Assembly: GCA_022823775.1 (NCBI GenBank)
Contig: JAJEHI010000010.1
Coordinates: forward strand, 10,233-74,232
Origin: Defluviicoccus sp.
Lineage (GTDB): Bacteria > Pseudomonadota > Alphaproteobacteria > MPNO01
Reading direction: 5' to 3'
DNA: 64,000 bases
Both the position numbers and the translations under genes were made by a program. The notes under the pieces were generated by a model, which saw only the letters and a program-made list of their open reading frames with translations, was not told the DNA's origin and searched no databases. This document shows positions 38,460 to 47,186 of the stretch, piece by piece (the first letter of the stretch is position 1; each line of letters opens with the position of its first letter).

Positions 38460-39424
38460 CCCGCCCCCTCCCCGGCAATCCCGGTTCCTATCCGCTCCGC
38501 CGCGCGCAGCCGCGCCGAACGGGCACGCGGGTTTGCGCCGACCTCGGCCGCGCCGGGGCGGAGCGCGCGACGCCCGAGCAGGCGGAATCGCGCGGAACGC
38601 TTGCCCGCGTCGGCGTCGGGCGCATGACGGGACGGCCGCGGGCGCGCATCCGAGCGTTCCACCAGGAAACGCTTGACCGTGCGGTCCTCAAGAGAGTGGA
38701 AGGTGACCACGGCGAGCCGCCCGCCGGGACGCAGCAGGGTTTCGGCCGCGCTCAGCCCGCGCGCGAGCTCCCCGAGCTCGTCGTTCACGTAGATGCGCAG
38801 GGCCTGGAAGGTGCGGGTGGCGGGGTCGATCGCCTCGCGGCCGCCGCCCGCCGGTCCCACCGCCCGGCGCACGATCGCGGCGAGCGCGCCGGTCCGCTCG
38901 ATCCGCGCCTCGCGGCGCGCCTCGACGATGGCCCGGGCGACCCGCCTGGCGCGGCGCTCCTCGCCGTAGTCCCGGATGATCCTCGCAAGGCTCCGCTCGG
39001 GCTCCTCGTTGACCACGTCGGCGGCGGTCCGCCCGGCCGAGGACATTCGCATGTCGAGCGGCCCGTCGGCGCGGAACGAAAAGCCTCGATCCGCGGAATC
39101 GAGCTGCATCGAGGAGACGCCGACATCCAGGGCCACGCCGTCCACGCCTTCGATCCCGCGCGCGGCGAGGAGCGGCACCATGTCGCCGTAGCACCCGGCG
39201 ACGAACAGGAAGCGATCGGCGTAGCGTCGCCCGAGGGCGGCTGCCGCGGGCGCCGTCGCCGGGTCGCGATCGATGCCGCAGACCCTGCACCGGGCGCTTT
39301 CGAGGATCGCGCGGCTGTAACCGCCCGCCCCGAACGTGCCGTCGACATATATCGCTCCGTCGCGCGGGGCGATCGCGGCGAGCACCCGATCGAGCATCAC
39401 GGGCGTGTGGGCGGCTCCGGTCAT
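38456..39424 (-). CDS. rsmH: 16S rRNA m4C1402 methyltransferase
   Basis: HTPVML, DGTFGAGGYS, DVGVSSMQLD, RTFQALRI, FHSLEDR, NPRARSA. Confidence 0.96.
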   Translation of the reverse strand: MTGAAHTPVMLDRVLAAIAPRDGAIYVDGTFGAGGYSRAILESARCRVCGIDRDPATAPAAAALGRRYADRFLFVAGCYGDMVPLLAARGIEGVDGVALDVGVSSMQLDSADRGFSFRADGPLDMRMSSAGRTAADVVNEEPERSLARIIRDYGEERRARRVARAIVEARREARIERTGALAAIVRRAVGPAGGGREAIDPATRTFQALRIYVNDELGELARGLSAAETLLRPGGRLAVVTFHSLEDRTVKRFLVERSDARPRPSRHAPDADAGKRSARFRLLGRRALRPGAAEVGANPRARSARLRAAERIGTGIAGEGAG

Positions 39425-39891
39425 GCGCCCCCCCCGTTTTCGACGCGCCGGCGCAGCGCGTCGATCGCCCGATCCTGATGCTCCTGGAATTTCTCCGGCG
39501 CCCAGATCTGGAACCGGTTGCCGCGTCCGACGAAAGCGGCCCGGTCCGCGATGTCGGCGTGTTCGGCGAGCGCGGGAGGAATAACGACGCGCCCTTCGCC
39601 GTCGAAGGGCAGCTCGTGAACCATCGCCATGATCGTCTCGATCTGGCTGTCGCCGCCGCCGAGCAGGACCTGCTCGAAATCGTCGCCTTCCAGGGACCGG
39701 CTGAGCCGCCGGCTGTTGAGCCGATCCAGCACGTCGCGGCTGAACGCCTCGATCGCGGGTTCGCGCAGGGAGCGGTAGACGATCAGTCCCGCGAAGCTCG
39801 ACCCCGCGAGCACGGCGCGGAAGGGCGCCGGAACCGAGACGCGCTTTTTCCGGTCGACCTTGTTCACGTATGTCGACAGAAACGCGGTCAA
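39421..39891 (-). CDS. mraZ: Transcriptional regulator MraZ
   Basis: DRKKRVSVPAPFR and DGEGRVVIP motifs, FQIW; first gene of dcw; TTG start. Confidence 0.92.
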   Translation of the reverse strand: MTAFLSTYVNKVDRKKRVSVPAPFRAVLAGSSFAGLIVYRSLREPAIEAFSRDVLDRLNSRRLSRSLEGDDFEQVLLGGGDSQIETIMAMVHELPFDGEGRVVIPPALAEHADIADRAAFVGRGNRFQIWAPEKFQEHQDRAIDALRRRVENGGGA

Positions 39892-39974
39892 ACCCTTCCC
39901 TCCAAGCCGTCGACGCTGCCGCCGTACCGATCACGACCGGCGCCCCACGCTCGATCTGCCGGACCGTGGCAGAA

Positions 39975-40020
39975 ATGGGACTAACTGCCTTAGCATGGGA
40001 TATGATGGGCGTCAATGGGA
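39975..40020 (-). promoter_or_regulatory. Putative dcw promoter overlapped by MraZ-type repeats
   Basis: ATGGG at 39975, 39995, 40005, 40015 (10-bp phase); minus-strand TTGACG (40015-40010) N17 TAAGGC (39992-39987). Confidence 0.7.
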
Positions 40021-40155
40021 AGAAAGGCAATACTTAATGCAGAACGTTATTGTCGGCCGACATAAGAAAATCGACATAAGACACACAATTTACAGGGTAA
40101 AGCCATTATTTCTGCTGTCCCGGTCGACGGTGCCCTGATAGTTTGTCTCAATTGT

Positions 40156-40170
40156 GTTCTTATTATGTTC
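40156..40170. promoter_or_regulatory. Alphaproteobacterial LexA (SOS) box
   Basis: GTTC-TTATTAT-GTTC, exact GTTC-N7-GTTC with AT-rich spacer in an intergenic AT-rich tract. Confidence 0.65.
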
Positions 40171-40371
40171 TTTATGGGGCGTTTTATCCGTGGCAACGCC
40201 GGTAGGGCGTCGACGTTTGTTCCGACGTCGGGAAATTGCCGATCCCGTCCGCGCATTATTCGCCGACCGCCGCGTTTTCCCTTGGCAGCGCGGGTCCCCA
40301 AGCGATACGATTTCCCCTCGACGCCCGGCCCGTCGGTGGCATGGGGCGGGACTTTTATTGAGGGAGACGTC

Positions 40372-41100
40372 ATGACCGAGAACCGTCAGGACGAGGCGCT
40401 GGAGTTCGAAGCCTTCGAATTCCCCCCGGACCCGGCAGACGATTTCGAATGGGTTCCGGCGACGCCCGAAGTCGCGGGCAATCTCGCCGAACCGCCGGAA
40501 GCGGATTGGCGGACCGCCGGCACGAGCCGCCGCGCGTTCCTGCGCGGCGTCGTCTGTTCGGGCGTGGCCGTCTCGGCTTCCGCCTACATGTTCACCGTGC
40601 AATCGGGCGAGGCGCGCGCGGCGGTGCGCGGGGTCGAACGGCTGATCTCGCTCAACGTCAACGGCAAGACGCGCCGGGTCGACGTGCCGCCCAGCGAGAC
40701 GCTGGCCCAGACGATCCGCTACCGGCTGGGGCTCACGGGGACCAAGATCGGCTGCAACCGTGCCGAATGCGGCGCCTGCACCGTTCTCGCCGACGACACG
40801 CCGATCTATTCCTGCTCGACCCTGACCCACCAGGCGCGCGGCAGCAAGATCACCACCGTGGAAGGCGTCGCCGCGCCCGACGGCACCCTGCATCCGGTGC
40901 AGCAGGCGTTCATCGACGAGCTCGGACCGCAATGCGGCTTCTGCACGCCGGGCCAGGTGATGGCGGCGGTCGGGCTCCTCAAGAAGAACCCGAAACCCAC
41001 CGTCGACGAGGCGCGCCGCGCGATGTCGGGCAATCTCTGCCGATGCGGCGCCTATCCACATTACCTCGCCGGCGTCATGCGCGCGGCAGGGAGGGCATAG
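40372..41100 (+). CDS. Xanthine-oxidase-family 2x[2Fe-2S] subunit with twin-arginine signal (PaoA/YagT-like)
   Basis: RBS AGGGAG; SRRAFLRG + hydrophobic stretch; GCNRAECGACT...C; QCGFCTPG...NLCRC. Confidence 0.9.
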   Translation: MTENRQDEALEFEAFEFPPDPADDFEWVPATPEVAGNLAEPPEADWRTAGTSRRAFLRGVVCSGVAVSASAYMFTVQSGEARAAVRGVERLISLNVNGKTRRVDVPPSETLAQTIRYRLGLTGTKIGCNRAECGACTVLADDTPIYSCSTLTHQARGSKITTVEGVAAPDGTLHPVQQAFIDELGPQCGFCTPGQVMAAVGLLKKNPKPTVDEARRAMSGNLCRCGAYPHYLAGVMRAAGRA

Positions 41101-41103
41101 ATC

Positions 41104-43518
41104 ATGGCCTATACGCTTCTCGGCAAGAACTTCACCCCGCCGGACGTCCACGCCAAGGTCACCGGCGCTGCCAAGTACTCCGAGGACTTTCGTGCCGACG
41201 GCATGGTGTTCCTCAAGACCTACCCCTCGCCTATGCCTCACGCCAAGGTCAAGGCGATCGACGCCGAGGCCGTCAAGAAGATGCCCGGCGTGGTGGGCGT
41301 GCTGCTCCCGAGCGAGATCAAGCAGCCCAAGGACGCGGGCCACGCGATCCTGACCTCCTACCCGGTGTTCGTGGGCCAGCCGATCCTCGCCGTCGCGGCG
41401 AAGACCGAACAGCAGGCGGAGGACGCGATCCAGGCGGTCAAGGTCGATCTCGAACCGCTTCCCTTCGTCACCGACCCGCTCGAGAGCCTCAAGCCGGACG
41501 GGCCGAACGCCCTGGTCGGCGGCAACGTCGCCAACCAGCGCGGCGTCAAGCTGCAGCAGATCAAGTGGACCGGCAAGGATTTCGCCAGGGCCGGCGACGA
41601 CACCCTGCCGATGGGCAAGCCGGCGATCGAGTGGAGCTTCGGCGACCTCGAAGCCGGCTTCGCCAAGTCCAAGGTAATTGTCGAGGAATCCTTCGTCAGC
41701 GCGGCCAACGCGCATCACGCGATGGAGCCGCGCTCGGCCGCCGCCTACTGGGAAGGCGGCAAGTGCAATGTCTGGGGCTCGACCCAGTCCTCGTCCTTCG
41801 CGGTGCCCAGCCTCGCCAAGTATATCGGCATCAAGCCGACCGACCTCAATCTGGTCAGCGAGTTCTGCGGCGGCGGGTTCGGCGGCAAGGCCTATTCCTA
41901 CCCGTTGATGGCGCTGCCGGCGCTGATGTCGAAGAAGCTCAACGGACGCCCGGTGCTGATGCGGGTAAGCCGCGCGGACGAGTTCATCAACGGCTCGGCG
42001 CGGGCCGCGTTCCAGGGCTGGGTCAAGATCGGCTTCGGGGCCGACGGACGGGTGCTGGCGCTCGACAGCTATATTGTGCAGGACAACGGCTCCACCGCCG
42101 GGTTCTGGGACTTCCAGAACTTCGGCATGGCGTCGTCGGTGATCCTGCAGCCCGTGGCGATGCGGTTCCGCGGCATCCCGGTGCTTACCAACACCCCGCC
42201 GAAAGGCGCGCAGCGCGGCCCGGGCGAGAACCAGACCGCCAACATCCTGGAGCCGCTCCTCGACAAGGCGGCGCGCGAGCTCGGCATCGACCGGCTGGCG
42301 CTGCGCCTGGCGAACGCGCCGGGGGGCGGGCCGAACGGCAAGATCGGACCCAAGCAGGCTCCGCTCACCAGCGCCTTCCTCAAGGAGGGGCTGGAGCAGG
42401 CGGCGGCGAAGTGGGGCTACGCCGAGAAGATCAAGAAGACCGGCAAGCAGGCCAACGGCAAGATCAGGTCGGTCGGTATCGGCCAGGCCTATCACGCCGC
42501 CGGCTATAACGGCTTCGACGGCATGGTCCGCATCACGCCGGACGGCAAGCTCCACATCCATACCGGCGTCGGCAATCTCGGCACCTACTCCTACGGCGCG
42601 ACCTCGCGGGTCGCGGCCGAGGTGCTGGGCTATGACTGGAACAACACGGTCATAGAACGCGGCGGGACGCTGAAGGCGATGCCGTTCAATATCGGCCAGT
42701 TCGGGTCCAACACCTGCTTCACGATGACCCGGACCAACTACGCCGGAGCGATGGACGCCAAGCAGAAGCTGCTCGAAATCGGCGCGGCGATGCTGGGCGG
42801 CAAGGCCGACGACTACAAGCTCGACAAGGAGCGGGTAGTCGCCAAGAACGGCTCGGGATCGATCACCTTCGCCCAGGCGGCGAAAAAGGCGATCGAGCTC
42901 GGCGGCAAGTATTCCGGCCACGAAGTCGACGAGAAGCTGAACGGGCTGACCAAGGCGGCGGTCGGGATGATCAAGGGCACCGGCCTCATCGGCGTCGCCA
43001 AGGACAAGCTGCCCAAGAACGGGACCGTTCCGGCGCTGGCCGCGGCGTTCATCGAGATCGAGCTCGATCCGGAGACCGGCAAGGTCGAAATCCTCGACTA
43101 TATGGGTGTCGCGGATGTCGGCCAGGTGCTGCACCCGCAGGGGCTCGACGCCCAGATCCGCGGCGGCGCGGTGATGGGCTTCGGCCTCGCGGCGATGGAG
43201 CGCTACATCTACGACCCGGCTTACGGGCGGCCCAACGCCATCGGCTTCTATCAGGCAAAGCCGCCGACCTATCTCGACGTTCCGGCCGAGCTCGGCTCGC
43301 TCGCCGTCGAGGGGGCGGTGGACGAGCAGAACCCGGTCGGCGCCAAGGGCATCGGCGAGCCGGTTCAGGGGTCGGCGTCATCGGCCTGGCTGAGCGCGGT
43401 CTCCGATGCGCTGGACGGGCACATGTTCAACCGGGTTCCGGTGGTCGCGGATATGATCGTCAACGTGGTGGCGAAACAGCCGCAATCGTACAGACCGTTG
43501 CAGGTCAACAATCAGTGA
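41104..43518 (+). CDS. Xanthine-oxidase-family molybdopterin-binding subunit
   Basis: KVTGAAKY, HHAMEP, STQS, GGGFGGK, GAQRGPG, AKGIGEP (catalytic Glu). Confidence 0.92.
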   Translation: MAYTLLGKNFTPPDVHAKVTGAAKYSEDFRADGMVFLKTYPSPMPHAKVKAIDAEAVKKMPGVVGVLLPSEIKQPKDAGHAILTSYPVFVGQPILAVAAKTEQQAEDAIQAVKVDLEPLPFVTDPLESLKPDGPNALVGGNVANQRGVKLQQIKWTGKDFARAGDDTLPMGKPAIEWSFGDLEAGFAKSKVIVEESFVSAANAHHAMEPRSAAAYWEGGKCNVWGSTQSSSFAVPSLAKYIGIKPTDLNLVSEFCGGGFGGKAYSYPLMALPALMSKKLNGRPVLMRVSRADEFINGSARAAFQGWVKIGFGADGRVLALDSYIVQDNGSTAGFWDFQNFGMASSVILQPVAMRFRGIPVLTNTPPKGAQRGPGENQTANILEPLLDKAARELGIDRLALRLANAPGGGPNGKIGPKQAPLTSAFLKEGLEQAAAKWGYAEKIKKTGKQANGKIRSVGIGQAYHAAGYNGFDGMVRITPDGKLHIHTGVGNLGTYSYGATSRVAAEVLGYDWNNTVIERGGTLKAMPFNIGQFGSNTCFTMTRTNYAGAMDAKQKLLEIGAAMLGGKADDYKLDKERVVAKNGSGSITFAQAAKKAIELGGKYSGHEVDEKLNGLTKAAVGMIKGTGLIGVAKDKLPKNGTVPALAAAFIEIELDPETGKVEILDYMGVADVGQVLHPQGLDAQIRGGAVMGFGLAAMERYIYDPAYGRPNAIGFYQAKPPTYLDVPAELGSLAVEGAVDEQNPVGAKGIGEPVQGSASSAWLSAVSDALDGHMFNRVPVVADMIVNVVAKQPQSYRPLQVNNQ

Positions 43519-43540
43519 CGGGCGGAATGGAGGCAGACCG

Positions 43541-44530
43541 ATGACCGACTATATGCATGCATTCGACCTCTACGCGCCCGCCAGCCTGGAGGACGCGGCA
43601 AAGCTCCTGGGCGAGCACGGCAAGGACGCCTGGATCGTCGCGGGCGGCAAGGACAGCTTCGACTGGTTCAAGGACCGGCACAAGCAGCCCAAGGCCGTCG
43701 TCGACATCAGCGGGCTCAAGGAGCTCCGCGGCATCAGCGATGCGGGCGACCACATCTCGATCGGCGCGGCGACCACGCTGACCGAGATCGAGGAGAGCAA
43801 GCTGCTGCGGGACAATTTCCCGGTGCTGGTCCAGGCCGCCGCGAAGGTGGCGAGCCCGCAGATCCGCAATTCGGGCACCATCGGCGGCAACGTCTCGCAG
43901 GACACGCGCTGCACCTATTACAGGGACGGCTTCCCCTGCTACCGCGCGGGCGGCAATACCTGCTACGCCAACACGCCGACGGCGATGAACCGCGAGCATG
44001 CGCTGTTCGACGCCTCGCGCTGCGTCGCGGTGACGCCTTCGGACACGGCGCCGGCTCTCGTCGCGCTGGACGCCCGGATGGCGATCTCGCGGGACGGCAA
44101 GGTACGGACGGTGCCGGCCGAGAAGTTCTTCATCGGCCCCGATGTCGACATCACGCGCATGACCGTGCTGGAGGCGGGCGACATCCTGACCGAGATCAGG
44201 CTTCCCAAGGCCTGGGCCGGCGCGAAGTTCTATTTCGAGAAAGTCGCCGACCGCGAGACCTGGGACTTCGCGCTGGTCAATATCGCGATGGCGGCCAAGA
44301 CCGACGGCGGCATGGTGAAGGACGTGCGGGTGGCGTGCGGCGGAGTTCAGTGCACGCCGCGGCGGCTGACCGAGGTCGAAGATCTGATGAAGGGGGAGAA
44401 GGCGGGCCCGGAGCTCGAAAAGCTCGCGCAGCGGGTCGCCGCGCGAGGCGCCAAGGCGCTCAACTACAACCACTTCAAGATCCCGCTGATGGGCAACCTC
44501 GCGGCGCGCGCGGTGCGCTCGCTCGCCTGA
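43541..44530 (+). CDS. Xanthine-oxidase-family FAD subunit with 4-Cys insert (PaoB/YagS-like)
   Basis: AGGKD, ASPQIRNSGTIGGN, RCTYYR...C...C...C insert, WDFAL. Confidence 0.9.
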   Translation: MTDYMHAFDLYAPASLEDAAKLLGEHGKDAWIVAGGKDSFDWFKDRHKQPKAVVDISGLKELRGISDAGDHISIGAATTLTEIEESKLLRDNFPVLVQAAAKVASPQIRNSGTIGGNVSQDTRCTYYRDGFPCYRAGGNTCYANTPTAMNREHALFDASRCVAVTPSDTAPALVALDARMAISRDGKVRTVPAEKFFIGPDVDITRMTVLEAGDILTEIRLPKAWAGAKFYFEKVADRETWDFALVNIAMAAKTDGGMVKDVRVACGGVQCTPRRLTEVEDLMKGEKAGPELEKLAQRVAARGAKALNYNHFKIPLMGNLAARAVRSLA

Positions 44531-44534
44531 GTGC

Positions 44535-44681
44535 ATGGAGGTCTTTCGCTTCTCGAAGAACGTCTGGGGCCAGGAGATGCTGCTCGGCATGTCCTGGGAC
44601 CTTCTCTGGGTCCCGGTCGCGGCGGCGCTCGCATGCATCGCGGCGCATCAACTGTTTCGGCTGACCTCGCGCCGGAGCTGA
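44535..44681 (+). CDS. 48-aa single-TM peptide (below ORF-track cutoff)
   Basis: Manual translation MEVFRFSKNVWGQEMLLGMSWDLLWVPVAAALACIAAHQLFRLTSRRS*; fills the gap between FAD subunit and cytochrome b. Confidence 0.65.
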   Translation: MEVFRFSKNVWGQEMLLGMSWDLLWVPVAAALACIAAHQLFRLTSRRS

Positions 44682-44696
44682 GTAACCCTCGCGGCG

Positions 44697-45272
44697 ATGT
44701 CGGGAAGCGCGGCTGACGACATTCGGCACAAGTGGCCGGACCGTTCGTTTCACTGGACGATGGCGGTGCTGGTCGTCGTCCTCCTGGGGACCGCGTTCCT
44801 GCCGGTGCTGGGGCTTCGTTTCGACTGGGTTCCGATCCACTGGATATCGGGCGTCCTGCTGACGGCCGCGATCGTCTTCCACCTCTACCGGGCTTTCCTG
44901 GTGCACGGCATCCGGCCCATGTTGCCGACGGGCCATGACCTGCGGGTCGCGCTCGGGCGGGCGCCGGAGGACGGCGCGGTCAAGTACGACCTCAACCAGA
45001 AGCTCTACCACTGGGCCGTGGCGGCGACGATCCTCGTCCTCGCGGTCACGGGCTGCGTCATGCTCGCCAAGATCGACACGCCGCTCTGGCGGCGCGACCC
45101 CTCGATCCTGTCCGATCGGGATTGGGGCGTGGTCTATGTTTGCCACGGGGCGGCTTCGCTGTTGCTGATCTTCTTCTTTATTCTGCACGTCTATTTCGCG
45201 TTTCTGCCCGAGCATCGAAGGCTTCTGGCCGCGATGGTCCTGGGCCGCGAGACCTGGAGACGAGGCGCATGA
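44697..45272 (+). CDS. Membrane cytochrome b (FdnI/HyaC-like) protein
   Basis: Four TM segments with His: RH...FHW, IHW, FHL, KY..NQKLYHW, CHG, LHVYF. Confidence 0.82.
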   Translation: MSGSAADDIRHKWPDRSFHWTMAVLVVVLLGTAFLPVLGLRFDWVPIHWISGVLLTAAIVFHLYRAFLVHGIRPMLPTGHDLRVALGRAPEDGAVKYDLNQKLYHWAVAATILVLAVTGCVMLAKIDTPLWRRDPSILSDRDWGVVYVCHGAASLLLIFFFILHVYFAFLPEHRRLLAAMVLGRETWRRGA

Positions 45273-45643
45273 GCGAGACGATCCGGGCGCATATCGAACG
45301 CATCGAGGAAGCCTACGAATTCATGCTCGCCTATGCCGCCCAGGGCCGCGGCGACGAAGGCGCCGGGCCGGACGGCGCGCACATTCGGACGTTTCTCACC
45401 CAGTTCGAGGAGGCCGCGACCGCGATCGTGGGCAAGCTTGACACGGTGCCCGGCGCCGACGACGAGGCCGCGGCGGTTCTGGCCGCCCTGAAGGCGGACT
45501 CCGCGATCGTGTCGTCCGTCCTCCGGTCGATGCTCGCGCGCGACAACATCTCCTCCGAGGTGGTCGACAACGCGAACGGGCTGATCTCGGTCCGCGCCTA
45601 CCTGACCGGCCTCTTCTTCCTCGACAAGTCCCTGCTGCCCTGA
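45269..45643 (+). CDS. Hypothetical helical protein, last gene of the molybdoenzyme operon
   Basis: ATGA overlap with cytochrome b stop; IEEAYEFMLAYAAQG; GC3-rich codon use. Confidence 0.75.
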   Translation: MSETIRAHIERIEEAYEFMLAYAAQGRGDEGAGPDGAHIRTFLTQFEEAATAIVGKLDTVPGADDEAAAVLAALKADSAIVSSVLRSMLARDNISSEVVDNANGLISVRAYLTGLFFLDKSLLP

Positions 45644-45663
45644 GCTGGGAGCCAACCGACCCA

Positions 45664-45765
45664 CCCTCCCCCGGCCCCGCCCGCAAGCGGGAGGGGAGAA
45701 GGAAAGGCGCGAGCGGCGCCGCGTGAATCCCCCTCACCCCCGCGGGGAGAGGGGCGGGGTGGGGG
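45664..45765. repeat. CCCTCxCCC-type palindromic repeat doublet, family B
   Basis: CCCTCCCCCGGCCCCGCCCGCAAGCGGGAGGGG...CCCCTCACCCCCGCGGGGAGAGGG; inverted homologue at 53853-53950. Confidence 0.8.
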
Positions 45766-45778
45766 GGGTCTCCCGGGT

Positions 45779-46154
<376 letters not shown>

Positions 46155-46186
46155 GACGCGTAACGTGGGTTCGGAACGGTGCGTCG

Positions 46187-46873
46187 TCAATCCAGTTCGC
46201 GTTCGACCGCCGAGATCCGCGCCATGGTCTCGCCGTCGAGCCTCCCGTCGCAGCGGGACGGGCGGAAGCGTCTCTGGAACGCCGCGAGCACGGCCTCGAA
46301 ACCTTCCGCCTCTTCGCAATAGCCGTAGCCGAAGCGGGTGAGAACCGCGCGCGCCCGTTCCGCGTCGGGCTCGGCGGTCCCCGCCCCCTCCCCGGGCCAG
46401 TAGGCGAGCCCCTTCGCGCAGAGCCGCCGCCAGGGGAAGAGCTCGCCGGGATCCCGCTTGCGGAGCGGCGCCACGTCCGAATGCCCCACGACCCGGACCG
46501 GATCGATATGCCGGCGTTCGAAAATGTCGGCGAGCAGGATTTCGAGCGCGTCGAGCTGGGCTTCGGGAAACAGCACGTAGCCGAACTCGTGCCCCGGATT
46601 GGCGAGCTCGATCCCGACCGAGCGGCCGTTCACGTCCGCGTCCCCGGTCCAGGACGAAACGCCGGCATGCCACGCGCGCCGCTCCTCGGGGACCAGGCGG
46701 CAGGTCGCGCCCGCCTCGTCGATCAGGTAGTGCGCGCTCACCCGGGAGGCCGGGTCGCACAGCCGCGCCAGCGCCGCCCGGGCCGTCGGCATTCCGGTGT
46801 AGTGGAGGACGACGAGGTCGACCGGCACGCCCCGCGGCCGCGGCCCGTGATTGGGCGACGGGCGTTCGATCAC
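46187..46873 (-). CDS. N-acetylmuramoyl-L-alanine amidase (Amidase_2, AmiD/AmpD-like) with PG-binding domain
   Basis: SPNH, VLHYT, VSAHY, AWHAG, SVGIE, GHSDVAP.RK.DPG, AFQRRF. Confidence 0.92.
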   Translation of the reverse strand: MIERPSPNHGPRPRGVPVDLVVLHYTGMPTARAALARLCDPASRVSAHYLIDEAGATCRLVPEERRAWHAGVSSWTGDADVNGRSVGIELANPGHEFGYVLFPEAQLDALEILLADIFERRHIDPVRVVGHSDVAPLRKRDPGELFPWRRLCAKGLAYWPGEGAGTAEPDAERARAVLTRFGYGYCEEAEGFEAVLAAFQRRFRPSRCDGRLDGETMARISAVERELD

Positions 46874-46967
46874 CCGGGAAGGTCCGCCGCGGACACGACC
46901 GAACGCCGCGCGCCGCCAGCGGCGCGCGGGCAACCCGCGCCGGGATGGTTCCTGGACGCTGTCTCGA

Positions 46968-47186
46968 TCAGGCGGCGCTGCGGCGCGGTGCCGCGTCGCG
47001 CCGGCTTTCGGGCTCGCGATAGGCCATCTTCACGTGGGCGGCGCAATAGGAGAAGCCTTCCGAGGTCTTCCGGCCGCAAAAGTGGAAGTCCTCGGTGCCC
47101 GGCTCGCCGTAAGGCCACTGGCACGTCCGGTAAGGGGACGTCTTGCTCACCCTCAACAGTGAGACGAGTTCGGATCGGTCCGACAT
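46968..47186 (-). CDS. Short GcrA-family protein (C-terminal domain only), 72 aa
   Basis: TCQWPYGEPGTEDFHFCG...YCAAHVKMAY; tail of shadow ORF 46968..48008, ATG at 47186. Confidence 0.8.
   Translation of the reverse strand: MSDRSELVSLLRVSKTSPYRTCQWPYGEPGTEDFHFCGRKTSEGFSYCAAHVKMAYREPESRRDAAPRRSAA

Noticed and set aside
40034-40050. CtrA box upstream of mraZ
   Set aside because: TTAA is not followed by a second half-site at 7-nt spacing
40090-40125. Possible att-like duplicate of the rnpB 3' end, or TIR copy (CTGCTGTCCCGGT)
   Set aside because: Short, gapped similarity with no REP flank or integrase; compatible with chance
40090-43134. 1014-aa minus-strand ORF and other long overlapping ORFs (e.g. 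3680..6574, 32621..35146, 23349..25613)
   Set aside because: Antisense or off-frame shadows of well-supported genes in high-GC DNA; no recognisable motifs
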